The translations under genes were made by a program, and so were the position numbers. Below, in pieces: positions 51,335 to 64,000 of a stretch of 64,000 nucleotides of DNA (position 1 is its first letter; the number at the start of each line of letters is the position of its first letter). Under the pieces are notes generated by a model. The model had not been told where the DNA came from. It saw only the letters and a program-made list of their open reading frames with translations, and did not search any database. The stretch is from Octopus sinensis (taxonomy: Eukaryota). The stretch spans positions 73,036,001 to 73,100,000 of the forward strand of contig NC_042997.1 of assembly GCF_006345805.1 (NCBI RefSeq), written 5' to 3'.

Positions 51335-52363
51335 CAAGCACAGAAAAGCTAAGCGCTTGAAAACCCGTGCTAAAACTGCTGCCTTAGATATTCTGAATGA
51401 TAAATGGCAAGAAAAACCTCTCTATGGCAAATACCCAAAGAGAGCGAATAATGCAGATGTTGACAAAGCCCTGATCCATCAATGGCTAATGGCCTCTGGC
51501 TTGAAATCTGAAACAGAAGGGTTTATCATAGCAGCTTAAGATCAGTGCCTACCAACAAGGAACTACCAGGCCATCATATTAAAGAACGGCAGTAGCCCAA
51601 CATGTCGTGTATGTCAACAACAAAATGAAACCATTGATCATGTTGTCCCCAAGTGCAGTCTTCTAGCACCTACAGAGTATTTCAACAGGCATGATAGAGC
51701 TGCACAATATATTCACTGGGTAATTTGCAAAAACCTGGATTTGCCCCATGAAAAAAACTGGTGGGAACACAAACTACTTCCAGTGATTGAAAATGATCAC
51801 ATCTCACTCCTCTGGAACTTCACCATTCAAACTGACAGAAATATAGATGCAAATAGGCCAGACATCATATTGAAAGACTTCAGACAAAGAACATGTCTCC
51901 TCATTGATATGACTGTCCCAATCGATATAAACGTATCTGTCAAGACCTACCAAAAACTGAGAAAATATAAAGATCTTGAAATAGAAATCAGCAAAATGTG
52001 GAACCTGAAGACTAAAGCAATACCTGTTGTCATAGGTGCTCTGGGAATGATAGCAAAACGGGCTGATTGCTACCTAACTCAGGTACCAGGAAACCTAAAA
52101 ATGGCAGAAATTCAAAAGATAGTGCTCATGGGAACTGCTCATATCCTACCAAAAATACTTTCTATGTAATCTCAAGTTTTAAAACAAACATAATTTTCGT
52201 ATGATTTTTTTTAGACATTCACTTGTACAACACTAAATACAAAACCAAATATATGGCACCCAAGGCATAACACCAACATGAACTTCCAACTTGTTGTCTC
52301 TTGAGGTCTGTGGTTTAGACTTGGAGCTAACTTGTACAAATATAAAGCAAAAGTCAAACATAG
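51334..52363 (+). mobile_element. Dong/R4 3' fragment (CCHC + RLE), different subfamily
   Basis: QWLMASGLKSETEGFIIAA; NRPDIILKD...LIDMTVP...KLRKYKDLEIEI; flanked by (TAA)n on both sides. Confidence 0.9.
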
Positions 52364-52369
52364 AATAAT

Positions 52370-52449
<80 letters not shown>

Positions 52450-52451
<2 letters not shown>

Positions 52452-53005
52452 GTCCTGATGCAGTACCAGACAGTGGCTCTCGTGGCCTCTAATCTTAACT
52501 GATTGGAAGTGTTATCGTGTACATTGTTTTGTGTTGGTATAAAAGATGGGCTACAGCAAATATTCTGTTCAGTACCACAGATTTGCTTGTCAGTTGTTTG
52601 ACCTTAACCAGTTGAGCATGTCTCTTAGTGGCTGACGATATGTGCATCTCTGATCACGAGCAGAAGTAGTGGGGTAGCATCATAGACGTGTGTTGAAAGG
52701 AATTCTTCTAGGTTTGGATAATTCACCTTTGGAAACATGGGTGCTTCGTTCAACATCCTTAAACAATCCTTGTTCAGGGACCGTTTGAGAAGCATGGGCT
52801 ACGCGAACAGAAGAGAATTCTCACTATGCCCCACCTGCAAGGTCATGCATTGTTTATCTTGATATGAGATTACCATGTCGCACACATATGGTTGTGATGC
52901 ATATGCCTGGTGCACCCTTATCAGGCAGGTAGTCATGATGGTTATACTGGGCTTCGTATACTTTACCCGAGTGTCACTTTGATGGCATGCACTGCTCTCT
53001 CACTC
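52450..53005 (+). repeat. Non-coding ~555-bp repeat flanked by (TAA)n on both sides
   Basis: No ORF; ends ...actgctctctcactc(aat)n; resembles an abundant octopus repeat (recall only, unverified). Confidence 0.6.
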
Positions 53006-53041
<36 letters not shown>

Positions 53042-53042
<1 letters not shown>

Positions 53043-55252
53043 CGCACACGGTAAGCTAGTTCAGCTGCTCAATGGAATTATGAGAGACCCAAAGAAAACA
53101 CCTGAAGGGTTAGCAAGTGGTATTACTTACCTACTCCCAAAGAATAACGAAACCAACCTTCCAAAAAACTATCGGCCTATAACCTGTCTATCCACCACGT
53201 ATAAAATCCTAACATCTATCCTGGCAGAGAAAACATATGCATTCATGGAGAAGAACGATATTTTCCCCATTGAACAAAAAGGGTGCCGCCGATGCTCATA
53301 CGGATGCAAAGATCAACTGCTAATTAATCGTATGATCCTTGAGAACTGTCACAACAAGCGCAGAAATCTCAGCTCCGCATGGATTGACTATAAAAAGGCC
53401 TGCGACAGTATACCGCATCCATGGATCTTGAGATCGCTGGACATCTTCAAAATTTCCTCTGTGATTTCAAGCATCCTGAAGCACAATATGTCGTTGTGGA
53501 ATACGAATCTCCAATTATACCACTCTAATGGAGTACTTGCCTCAGAAAATATAAACATCAACTGTGGAATTTTTCAAGGTGACTCACTTTCACCTTTAAT
53601 ATTCTGCATAGCCCTAATACCCCTTACAAGTGAATTAAACCGAACAGGGTATGGGTATAAAATTGCCAATAAAAAATAAGTCATCTATTTTATATGGATG
53701 ACTTAAAACTCTATGGTAAAGACAATAATGAACTTGAAGGCCTATTTCGCACTGTGAAGGCTCTGGTATTCAGCATGCAAGCGTGAAAGAGAAGATCAGG
53801 AAGGAATGTTATAGGAGAGTTCGTGCAGTCCTGAAATCTGAACTAAATGCACGTAACAAGGTGTTAGCTATAAATTCCTTAGCAGTTCCAGTTGTTACTT
53901 ATAGCTACACTGTGTTGAACTGGAATATGAGTGAAATAAAGAATATAGATAGGAAAATACGCAAGCTGCTGAGTTGTAATAGGATGCACCACCCAAAGGC
54001 AGACGTTGATCGCCTTTACCTTCCCAGAGCCCAAGGAGGTCGAGGCCTGATCCAATTTAAACTAGCTTACAAAACAACCACAATTGGGCTGGCCAAATAT
54101 CTCGAAATAATGAGTGACTGGATGCTAAAGCTCGTGGAAAATCACGAGAGACGAAAGAAGCTTCATTCTATCATAAAGGAAAGCAACAAATTTGCTATTG
54201 ATCTCGTGCAGGATACCCAAACTGAACAACCCGAGGGAAGTACGGCAACTATTGTTGCAAAGAAGGTGAAACTAATGGCAACGAAAAAAGCGCACGAGCA
54301 ATTGGCTGATAGGTGGGAGGAGGAACCTCTGCACGGCAAATATGTGGCCCGCAGCAAACAAGCTGATGTTGACCAGAAGCAAACTCATCAGTGGCTACGG
54401 AGCTCAGGGCTAAAAGCAGAGAGCGAAGGTTTCATCCTGGCTGCTCAAGATCAAAGCCTATTAACCCGGAACTACCAGGCCAATGTGATGAAAAATGGAG
54501 CAGACCCAAAATGCCGATTCTGCAACGACATGATTGAAACAGTGGACCACCTAAACTCTGGATGTAAAGTCTTAGCACCAGTGGAGTATAAATTAAGACA
54601 TGACAGAGTTGGCCAATATGTACACTGGCTAATAAGTCGGCATTACAATATCAAAACTGCCGACAAGTGGTATAATCACCACCCTGAAGCTGTAACTGAA
54701 GGAGAAATTGTAACGATTCTGTGGGACTTTCCAGTACATACAGACCGAACCATCAAAGCCAATAAACCGGATATTGTTGTGAAAGACCAAAACAATAAAG
54801 TTTGCTTATTGATTGACATGAGCATCCCCTGTGATCATAATATCTCGGCGAAAGAGTTTGACAAGCTCAGAAAATATTAAGACCTGCTCATTGAAATTGA
54901 GAAAATGTGGCATCTCAAGGCGGTTACAATACCAGTGATCGTAGGAGCACTAGGAATGATCAAGAAGGAAACCGAAAATTATATGAGAATGATCCCTGGC
55001 TTACCATCCCTGAAAGAAGTGCAAAAGATTGTCTTAATTGGTACATCACACGTATTGAGAAGAGCATTGTCGATGTGAGAACTATTACTACCCATTTATA
55101 ATAAGTTTACTTTAAAAAAAATTTTAAAAAATGAACGAACTAGTGAGTTTAGTTTAATGGCCTACAAATGTATACTATGAGTTTCTCTGCCCCCGGAGTC
55201 GGGAAGACACTCGGCAAGAAATGGAAGCAAATTTGAAAGAAGAAAAAAAAAG
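53042..55252 (+). mobile_element. Dong/R4 element, 5'-truncated, RT + CCHC + RLE, internal deletion near 53760
   Basis: NYRPITCL, EQKGC, WIDYKKA, GIFQGDSLSP, HLFYMDDLKLY, CRFC...H...C...RHD, KPDIV...IDMSIP...KLRKY; (TAA)n on both sides. Confidence 0.92.
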
Positions 55253-55314
<62 letters not shown>

Positions 55315-55321
55315 TATAATA

Positions 55322-55625
55322 AACCTTTCTACTATAGGCACAAGGCCTGAAATTTGCAGCGATGCGGTAAGTCGACCACATCGACCCCAGTGTTTAACAG
55401 GTACTTATTTCATGGACTCCAAAAGGATAAAAGGAAAAATCGACCTCGGCAGAATTTGAATTCAGAACGGGCGAAATTCCTCTGAGCATTTTGCCCGGCG
55501 TGCTAACGATTCTGCCAGCTTGCCGCCTTAATAATTATCCTTTCTACTATAGGCACAAAGCCTGAAAATTTTGGGGAGGAGTTAAGTCGATTACATCGAC
55601 CTAAGTAATCAACTAGTACTTATTT
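55322..55625 (+). mobile_element. Two tandem SINE segments
   Basis: cctttctactataggcacaa(g/a)gcctgaaa at 55323 and 55539. Confidence 0.75.
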
Positions 55626-56999
55626 GAAATTAATAAATATCTCTTCTTAAAATGTTTGAAAACTTCTGGAATGCACCTTGTAATATTGTTTTCTTCCAAT
55701 GTCGCCATCTTTTATAAAAGTTTAATATTCTCTGAAGAACTAAAATTTTGGATCTGTCTGAAATAAAAAAAAATGAGATAAAAAAATGAATTTTAAACTT
55801 TCAAAATTATTATTACTTGCGTTCCACAATAAAACATTTATGGAAATGTACTCTTCGTAGTAAGTGATGTATTGTTTCACAGCCTTTATAGCATAGTAAG
55901 TTTCCCATTTTAAATGTTTTCGAGATATTATAATCTACATAACTTCTGTCCAATTTAATGAGCAGTAGTACTTCATTTCTGGATGAGATGATGCGGTCCA
56001 GAATCATACAAAAGTACTGTTTATGTGGAAAAACTTGCTCAACAAGGAAGAGGATATAAATTTGTTTCCCTTGGTGCTTATATAAATTAAATACTTCTGA
56101 AAGTATGAAAATCTTTCGAAAATACTAGTTCTATATTTTGTTTGTATGTTGTATGCTTTTATTTCTTTTGGAGGAGAAATGGTCTACTGTGACTTTGTTT
56201 TCAAGGATTCTGGAAAGGTGACAGAAACTATGCTAATATATAATTTTTGTTTGCATAATTTGAAACTGCAATTAATTTTTGTTAATATTCTTCTACTAAA
56301 TAATATTCCAATTATACCTATCCTATTTTGTGAGAAATCTGACATTTATGTTTTCTGGAATTTAATTTCAAGAAAAATAGAAATCAGCCCATGAATCATG
56401 CTAACGAAGAACTTCTATTTTGTTTTATGCACTTATAGGTCCATAGGTCCATATTGACTTCTTTCATAGGCACAGTTTCATATATATATTATAGTCAATG
56501 AGAAGCTCTTTACTTCGTACTTTGATAACGAAAATTTGGGATGTTACTGAAATGACTTCATATGAAAATAAAAAATATTTACTGAATATAACTCTATTTG
56601 ACACTTTAAAGAAACACTAAACTACTATTTATTAAATGAAATGAAATGTCGTCACTTTCCTTAATCGCATTATTAGTTTGAGTGAAGTGAAATACTTGCT
56701 TCTGACAATGAAGTTGTGTTGTCTCTTTTTGGCTCTACGTTCGACACTCACTGCAAAAGAATATTGATTTCTTTTGAAAAGTTAGAAGATTAAGCTGTGC
56801 AAGTGTTTGGTGCTGTACTATCTCTACTGACAAACCGACAAAGTATTGATTTCTATTTGTTAGACAACAGTTCTACGTTTATAAGGAAAAGTAAATTGAA
56901 AATCGGGCGATGTTGGTGTAAGTGAAATGAAATAGATTTGATCCGGAAATCTAAACCACGTAGGGCTCTCAATCGACATTCGTCGATATTGACAACAGG

Positions 57000-57002
<3 letters not shown>

Positions 57003-57037
<35 letters not shown>

Positions 57038-57067
57038 CACACACACACACACACACACAACACACAC

Positions 57068-57117
<50 letters not shown>

Positions 57118-57169
57118 GTAGATAGTTAGATAGATAGATAGAGATAGATAGATAGTTAGATAGATAGAT

Positions 57170-57212
<43 letters not shown>
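57003..57212. repeat. (CA)n + (GATA)n
   Basis: Directly visible. Confidence 0.95.
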
Positions 57213-57214
<2 letters not shown>

Positions 57215-57220
57215 TCTAAG

Positions 57221-57660
57221 CATGGTTGCGTGGTAGGCACAAGCATAGTTGTGAAGTCAAGAATCTCGCTTTGTAACCATGTTTCGAGTTCAATCCCACT
57301 GTGTGACATCTTGGACTAGTTTCTTCTGTTATTCTCCCGATCAATACCTTTTAAGTGAATTTTGTAAACGTAAACTGTGAGGAATCGATACATCATGTGT
57401 GTGTGTGTGTGTGTTTGTGTGCCTGGGCGTTTGTGTGTGTGTGCGTTTGTATGTCTTTGTGTTTGTAGTTTGCACTGTTTCCCTACCTCACTCAACATGT
57501 AGTGTTGGTTTGTTTTCGTTCCGTAACTTAGCGGTTCAGCAAAAAACACCAACAAGATAAGTATCAAACATAAAAATGTACTAGGGTCGAATTTTTAAAG
57601 TCAAACCCTTTAAGGCAGTGCCTCAGCATGGCCCCACTCCAATTACTGAAACAACTAAAC
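57221..57660 (+). mobile_element. tRNA-derived SINE
   Basis: B-box-like gtttcgagttcaatcccactg, central GT repeat, tail aaggcagtgcctcagcatggcc...actgaaac. Confidence 0.75.
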
Positions 57661-58023
57661 GCTGAACGCTAAAATAAAATTTCTCAAGGCACTCGAAAAT
57701 TTAAAAGAAACTATTATAGAAGCATTTATATTAATGCTTCCAAATGTTGGTGATCAATTGGTAGAGTTGCTGAAACATCGGGCTCTTTACATTCTGTGTT
57801 TAGATTCCTTGATGGTCATCTTTGCTCTTCACCCTTTCGGAATCGATAAAATAATGTAGCAAACAAGAGCTAGGCTCTATTTTATCGACTAATGCCTATT
57901 AATGTGTCTTCTTAGTTCAAGCTCTCTTACCAAACAGATGAACCTAACAAGAGTATAGACATTTGTTTATAGAAGTCAGCAAACAAACTATTTGCTGAAG
58001 CATACTGATGTCTGCTAAACATA

Positions 58024-58404
58024 ATAACTCATGTGGTGTCCACAGAAATGGGAGAATTCAAACCAAAACGAATCTGTTCATTCTCAGTATATCCTGACAG
58101 ATTTGAACATGAATATCTGCTCGCTGCTGTTTTCATCATCGGAGAACATCTCCTCCCTTTATAAGATGCGAATTCATAACTCACGCGATTCACCGGTGTA
58201 AGGGGATTGAGAAGACATGCTGCGGGGCCCAAAGACTCCCTACACAGGTGAGTCGCATGTGTTATGAACATTCATCATCTAAAGGGAAGCGATGTTCATC
58301 TTTGATGAAAACAAAAACATGCTCGAATCTGTCAGGATGTATTGAGAAGGAATAAATGCGTTATTGTATGCATCCGCCTGTTCTGCGTGCACCTCATCTG
58401 TTAT
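58024..58404. repeat. Degenerate long fold-back hairpin (~180-bp arms, ~30-nt loop)
   Basis: Paired blocks ctcagtatatcctgacagatttgaacatg / catgctcgaatctgtcaggatgtattgag; tgttttcatca / tgatgaaaaca; ttcataactcacgcgattcacc / ggtgagtcgcatgtgttatgaa. Confidence 0.8.
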
Positions 58405-59165
58405 AATTATTTGTATTATTATTCAGAATATACCGAAATGATAGGAACATTTTATCCAAAAACTGCAAGTAAAAAAAGAAAAGAATGATTCTACCCGATC
58501 AAGAATTTCTAGAAATCGATATTAGCTCCACAACTACTCTACGAAGGCCTATCTCACACAGTTAGTCACAATATCAATCAGCGAAGCAGTAACTTGACAA
58601 TTTTTGTCCTACGGGAAGAAAAAAATGAAAATAGCCAGTTAACCTATGCCCTGCACATTCAATCAATAAGTGGACTGACAAAACTACAGTTAACTTCCTT
58701 AAGATTCACTTTGTTAAGTATCTACTTTGTGTTGATTTTATTTCGAAAGATTAGCCCAGCTTTCGTTCTATGATTTACATCAAAGAATGAAATTTATGAT
58801 CAAAACGATTTTTATTTTATCTTTAATCTCTCCACCATAATTTATTTAAATATCTCATATGTAAACTGTAGTTTTCCGGATTTATTGGATAGTTTTAAGC
58901 TAAAATATTGCCCATAGAAGAATAAATATGAAGAGTCTCAAAGAATAAACTCTCTTATTTTGAAGGAAATTGTTGCTGGCTAGTGTTAGCAAGGTCGATA
59001 ATTTGTAGAAATATCTTTACTACTCAATATCTATAGCCAAAATGATTTACTACTCAATATTTATAGCCAAAATGATTTAAACATCGTCAAATAGTTATTA
59101 AAAATGCTGACAATACGAGTAGTGGATAAATAGGATATGTTTTTATTAGTTTACAATATTGATAA

Positions 59166-59725
59166 AAACCTACAGGGGTGCATACTACCCTTAAAATAAC
59201 GTGAACCATTCATATTCCTTTTCACAAATCTGAAACGCCATTTTTGTTCGTGGAAAAGGCTATAGAATACCAATAAATAAGTTACAAAACAATATACACT
59301 TCTGGTTTTCAGAGTTACGGTTGAAACACAACTGTTGAAATAATTTAATAATAATTAAGTCTGACTGATAGCTATAAAGGTGCCTGACAATAGAACAGCA
59401 CTACGTTATTTTATTTCGTCCGTTTAATAACATATTTGTCATACATGTAAACATAAGCTTCAAACATGAACTATGTTTTATCCAATCAACTTTCCCCGCT
59501 TGTATTCAAATGTTAAATCGTATAACAATGTAAGGAATCGATAAGTGTGACTGAATGAAGTTAACTTTCACAACGAAATTGTGTTGTATAGTTGCGTGTG
59601 AGCTTAATTTTCAATGGAGTCGATTTTTTTCTTCATTTCTCAAGGAGTGCAGTAAATTAATTAAATATTAGTCACCTAACGTATTGAATTGTTTGATGTT
59701 ACTTTTCTGCTATACATTTGGTGTG
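59166..59725. repeat. Inverted copy of 39786-40334
   Basis: Reverse-complement match. Confidence 0.85.
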
Positions 59726-59896
59726 CGTGGATGGTATGAAAGATATCGCTTCGAATTCTGAAGCCTTTATAAAAGTAACAGTTGAGGTTTGTCCTCTTCA
59801 CAAACGGTCGAGAATGTACCGTAGACCTAATTTCACTGTGAAAAAAAATGTAATCGAGCTAGTATCGCTACATATTTATAATATACATTGTAAATA

Positions 59897-60423
59897 CAGT
59901 AGTCCCACGCCATATCGTGGTTCACCTATCGGACACTCAGTACATCGGAGTTCATCTATCGCGCACTCAAAGCATCGCGGATTTTTCTGGTTAACATATG
60001 TAAATTTATATCGCGGTCTCTTCAGTCTATCGCGGGTCTCTGTGGCCGATAGGTATTTATATTTTTTCAGATTTTCATCATTTCTGTGGTAAAATAAGCA
60101 TTTCACGCCTAAAAATTAATAAAGTAATAAATAAAAATGGAGTACAGTACTGCACTGTATAACACATTAATTAAAGTATATTAAAAGAAAATAAGTAGTG
60201 TACCGTAGATGAGTAAACAAAAAATCTCACATACTGTATGGAAACCGAAACTCGAGAGGCGAGTATGTAGTGCTGTTTTGCATTTAAAATAAAATAAATA
60301 TATACAAATTATAAAAATAATAAAGAATATGTATATACATACAGTACTGTTTCTACTTCGCAGAATTTCACCTATCGCGGTAAGTTTTGGAACGTAACAC
60401 TCGCGATAGTCGAGGGATTACTG
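59897..60423. mobile_element. pogo/Tigger-like MITE with TA target duplication
   Basis: TA-CAGTAGTCCCACGCCATATCGTG ... CGCGATAGTCGAGGGATTACTG-TA. Confidence 0.85.
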
Positions 60424-60545
60424 TAATACTGTTGTAATTATTAACTTGCAATGATTAAATCATTTATATTTTAATTAGCAATCTTTCGTTTCTATACCTT
60501 GGCATTCTGGGCGGGAACGGTGGGTGATTCCCAATCAATAATGAA

Positions 60546-60668
60546 GAGACCGATAAAAAGTACCAGGCTCAAAAATAATAAATACTGGGGTCGATTCATT
60601 CGACTAGAGTTCTTCAAGATGGTGTCCCAGTACAGCCGCATTCTAATGACTGAAACATGGAAAAAATA
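60546..60668 (+). mobile_element. SINE 3' tail
   Basis: agagaccgataaaaagtaccaggct...ggggtcgattcattcgac...aatgactgaaac. Confidence 0.7.
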
Positions 60669-61918
60669 AAGATATACACGCATGCGCGCGCAGTCGCACA
60701 CATACATACATACATACATACATACACGATTTCTATGCCATTTGTTTTTCCTATGTCCCTCAATGTCGATCATTGTGCATTTATCACTCACAGTTAATTG
60801 ACACTTTTGAGATCAAATCTTGTACGTGAATCTCTGCTAATGTTACAGATAGGTGCAGTTAATGATGATAAGTTTAGAACAAAGATTCTCAACCCATTTT
60901 GGCCAAAGACCGCCCCCCTGCCTTTTGACCCTTGGATTCGCAAATTTCCCCCCCACACACACCCTAGAAAGTATTTTTATTTTTCAATATACTAGAAGGA
61001 CGTCGTTTTACATATGCGCTTGTACACAGTCGGAAGTATAAATGTACATACTGAAATGCAAAAATAGAAAAAAAGAAACGAAATAATGAACTGAAAGTTT
61101 GGTAATTGCGTTTATTTCCACTACGCGACACTTATGAAATCAACGTGTTGTCTATGGAAAGAGTGCACTTTGGTACAAGTAAATATCGATGAAATCATTT
61201 CAAACTTTTCCGATTTCCCTTCTCAAAACAACTAGAACTTGTGCAACAATCTGACATATAAGTTATTGTCACCTGGGAAGAGGACTTTTATGCTCAAGAA
61301 AGAGAGTGTATTTGATAGAAATTGTTGAAATACATATGTACTTCATATGAGTACAAATTGTGGAGGATGGTATTCACAGTACCTGGATCTAGTTACTTTG
61401 AGTCACAAAATCAGCCCCCTTTTAAAATGACGTAAAAAAATTTGAAAATTTATATCAAACATTCATTTCTTATTCCGAATCTAGTCTGTTTCATTCACAA
61501 AATTTGCATTTTTAAAAAGAAGTAAAAAATCTGAAAATTGGTTATCTTGATGCATTTTTCCCGCTTATTCCTATGAAGCCATGAACAAAAAAAAATATGA
61601 CACACAATTTTTTTAATTTTAATTCGTGGTTTTAATATACAGACAGTTCGAAACTACCAGTCGTTTCTCTTTATAATTTCCAGATAATTTTTTAAAAATA
61701 CTTCAAACTCAAAAGTGCGTAAATATGTGTGCTAGAAACAGTAGTTAAAAATTAAGGAAATAAAGTTTTGGGAGATCTCTTCTTATGACTGACTTTTATT
61801 CCATTATTCTCATATCTTCTGAAACTTATACATATACACGTATAAATGCATACAGAAACATACAAATATATATATACACACACATACATTTTTACAGAGT
61901 TAGTTTTATACACATCCT

Positions 61919-61978
<60 letters not shown>

Positions 61979-62195
61979 TTTCGACATATCTACACAACTG
62001 TGCCCCAAAGATTTGCTTCTTTATAAACTTGAGAAAATTAAATATTTATTGTCTACAAATATGCTTCAGATCATGTAGATTTCGATTAAATTGAAATTCA
62101 TTGTGAAAACCATTTGTTCCTATAGAAGTTTTAGAAAATTTACCCCATTAGGATTTGTTATATATATATCGCCATGATAGATCGTTAGCCACTAC

Positions 62196-62292
62196 ACACA
62201 TTTTTCTTTCCTTGTTTTTTCTGTAGGCTCGAAACGTAAAAGACTTTTTCTATTCCTGTCTTCGTCTTTTGTTTTGTTCGTAAATTCTCCCT
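62196..62292 (+). repeat. Short repeat with internally deleted minimal hammerhead (family of 3301 and 7836)
   Basis: tttttCTGTAGGCTCGAAACGTAAAAgactttttctattcct...ctccc(ta)n. Confidence 0.65.
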
Positions 62293-62306
62293 ATATATAT
62301 ATATAT

Positions 62307-62373
<67 letters not shown>

Positions 62374-62666
62374 ACAAAGCCTACTTTACTTTTTTCTTTA
62401 ATTGTGTTGATGTGTATAAGTAAACAAAAACTAGAAGTAAAACAGACACTAGCAAACATACACACACATACGCAACACACACACAGATTTATCTGTCTTT
62501 GGTTTTTGTTTTTGTTTTGGGATTTCACTTCAGCGACACCAGTTACACTTGGAAAAAGGTTTCTGAAAATTTGAAACAAAAATGCATGGTTTTTTTAAAC
62601 TGACTGTCGCAGAGATATGAAAATAAGGCTTACTACTCGTTAATTTGAAATTAAACTTACCAAAGA

Positions 62667-62778
62667 CAAAGGTCTTCCAGTGCCCCCTAGCGCCCCCAAG
62701 TTTCTTAACTCCCTCCTAGTTCCTCTTTGCTCCAAAATGCCCCCTCGAGTTCCAAATGGCCCCTGTTGAGAACCTTTG
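62667..62778. mobile_element. Small hAT-type MITE-like element
   Basis: caaaggtcttc ... gagaacctttg imperfect TIRs; no TSD confirmed. Confidence 0.45.
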
Positions 62779-63234
62779 GTTTAGAAGATATTTAAGTACT
62801 TTTAAGCTCAACAGCTCTAAAAGAAATCATTTGAAAAAAATTGTAACTTCTTGTTTTAAAAACGAACTCTACTCTACTGGGTTGTAACTTTAACATCCCG
62901 CTTAAACAATACATGCTTGAAACTTCTCTTTTCCAATTTTTTGTGCCACAATAGACCTATATTAGTGATATTTGCCAATGAAGAAGACTGTGTCAGATTC
63001 ATAATCTATATTTTTGCTATAGTCGAATGTTGCTTATGAAAACTCGCCTCCCTACCTTTCTGCTGTTTGATTTCTGAAGTTATGATGTTCTATCTTTCTT
63101 CACTGATCCATCTTTCTTCACTTCTATGATGACTTGTCCCTAGTCCAAGACCATTTGCGATTTGGCCCAGAAATTCGTACTTTCTAACCCCTAATCTTTA
63201 TATTCCTTTTCTGATTTATTGCATGAGTTTTGAA

Positions 63235-63570
63235 ATGTTCTCAAACTTTTTGAGCCACCAGCGCTTTCATGGCTATATAATACCCTCAGCACCCCACCCC
63301 TGTTTTTATGTATAAATAGATATTTTATATTTTACTAATTTATATATACTATAAATCATTTGATATTTAATATATTATATAATTTGTATACAATACTATA
63401 ATAATATTATAAATTCATAGCGTCCCCCAATCCATTGCCTTCCTCCCAATGCCACCTTTTTCTCTACCGCCGCTCCCCGCACCACCTACTTAGACACGAG
63501 CGCCCACCTGGACCCTCTCATCCCCACCGGTGGGGGTGGGGCGCTAGCGCCCACTTTGAGAACCTATGGT
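63235..63570. mobile_element. hAT-type MITE-like element
   Basis: tgttctcaaa ... tttgagaacc termini; no TSD confirmed. Confidence 0.45.
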
Positions 63571-64000
63571 TTAGGATATAGAGATACAACTAGGACTTTT
63601 GAAAAAGAATGGCTTAAAGAATGTTTTCTTTGCGGTCCCGAGATATAGAAAAAGGTTAGGTTCAAATACATTATCTCTTAGAGAGGTCGAAAGATCACAA
63701 TAACAGGGAGTGATAATGTAACATACCTATACACATATACATACATAGACACTCTCACACTTTCACATATGCCATTCATATACCTAGACGCATGTACATG
63801 TATAAATGCATGCATATATAGTAATCAGATAAATAGATATGTAATAAATACATTAGGACGAAATAGTTAACAGACTTACAATATAATGTAGTCTAAAGCT
63901 GAGGATATTTAGGGTCGAGAAAATAAGTTGGTATATTAAGTTTAGATGGTAGGATAGTACAGATAAGTCCAGGTTTTGTAACTATAATCGAAGACTACTT

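Overview
AT-rich eukaryotic DNA, probably intronic or intergenic, in which I recognise no host protein-coding exon. The abundant (TA)n, (ATT)n and (GATA)n arrays and the SINE motifs resemble octopus (coleoid cephalopod) genomes; this is an inference from pattern recall, not a database result. The window is a mosaic of mobile DNA: three Penelope-like elements (PLEs; one with a ~640-codon open RT + GIY-YIG frame, one unusually C-rich), a near full-length Tx1/L1-clade LINE next to (TC)n, four divergent R4/Dong-clade RLE LINEs all ending at (TAA)n, a Ty3/Gypsy gag remnant, Tc1, mariner, hAT and pogo remnants or MITEs, old CR1/L2 and RTE fragments, and tRNA-derived SINEs. The most unusual structure is a near-perfect 450-bp palindrome (12221-12670) with a canonical type I hammerhead ribozyme in each arm, whose symmetry axis sits at the helix-III position of a second, degenerate minimal hammerhead. 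Also notable are a family of short TA-anchored repeats with minimal hammerhead motifs, a 92-bp fold-back duplication across the RT active-site codons of a Dong element, and two further hairpin elements. Most short ORFs in the supplied track are microsatellite or antisense artefacts.
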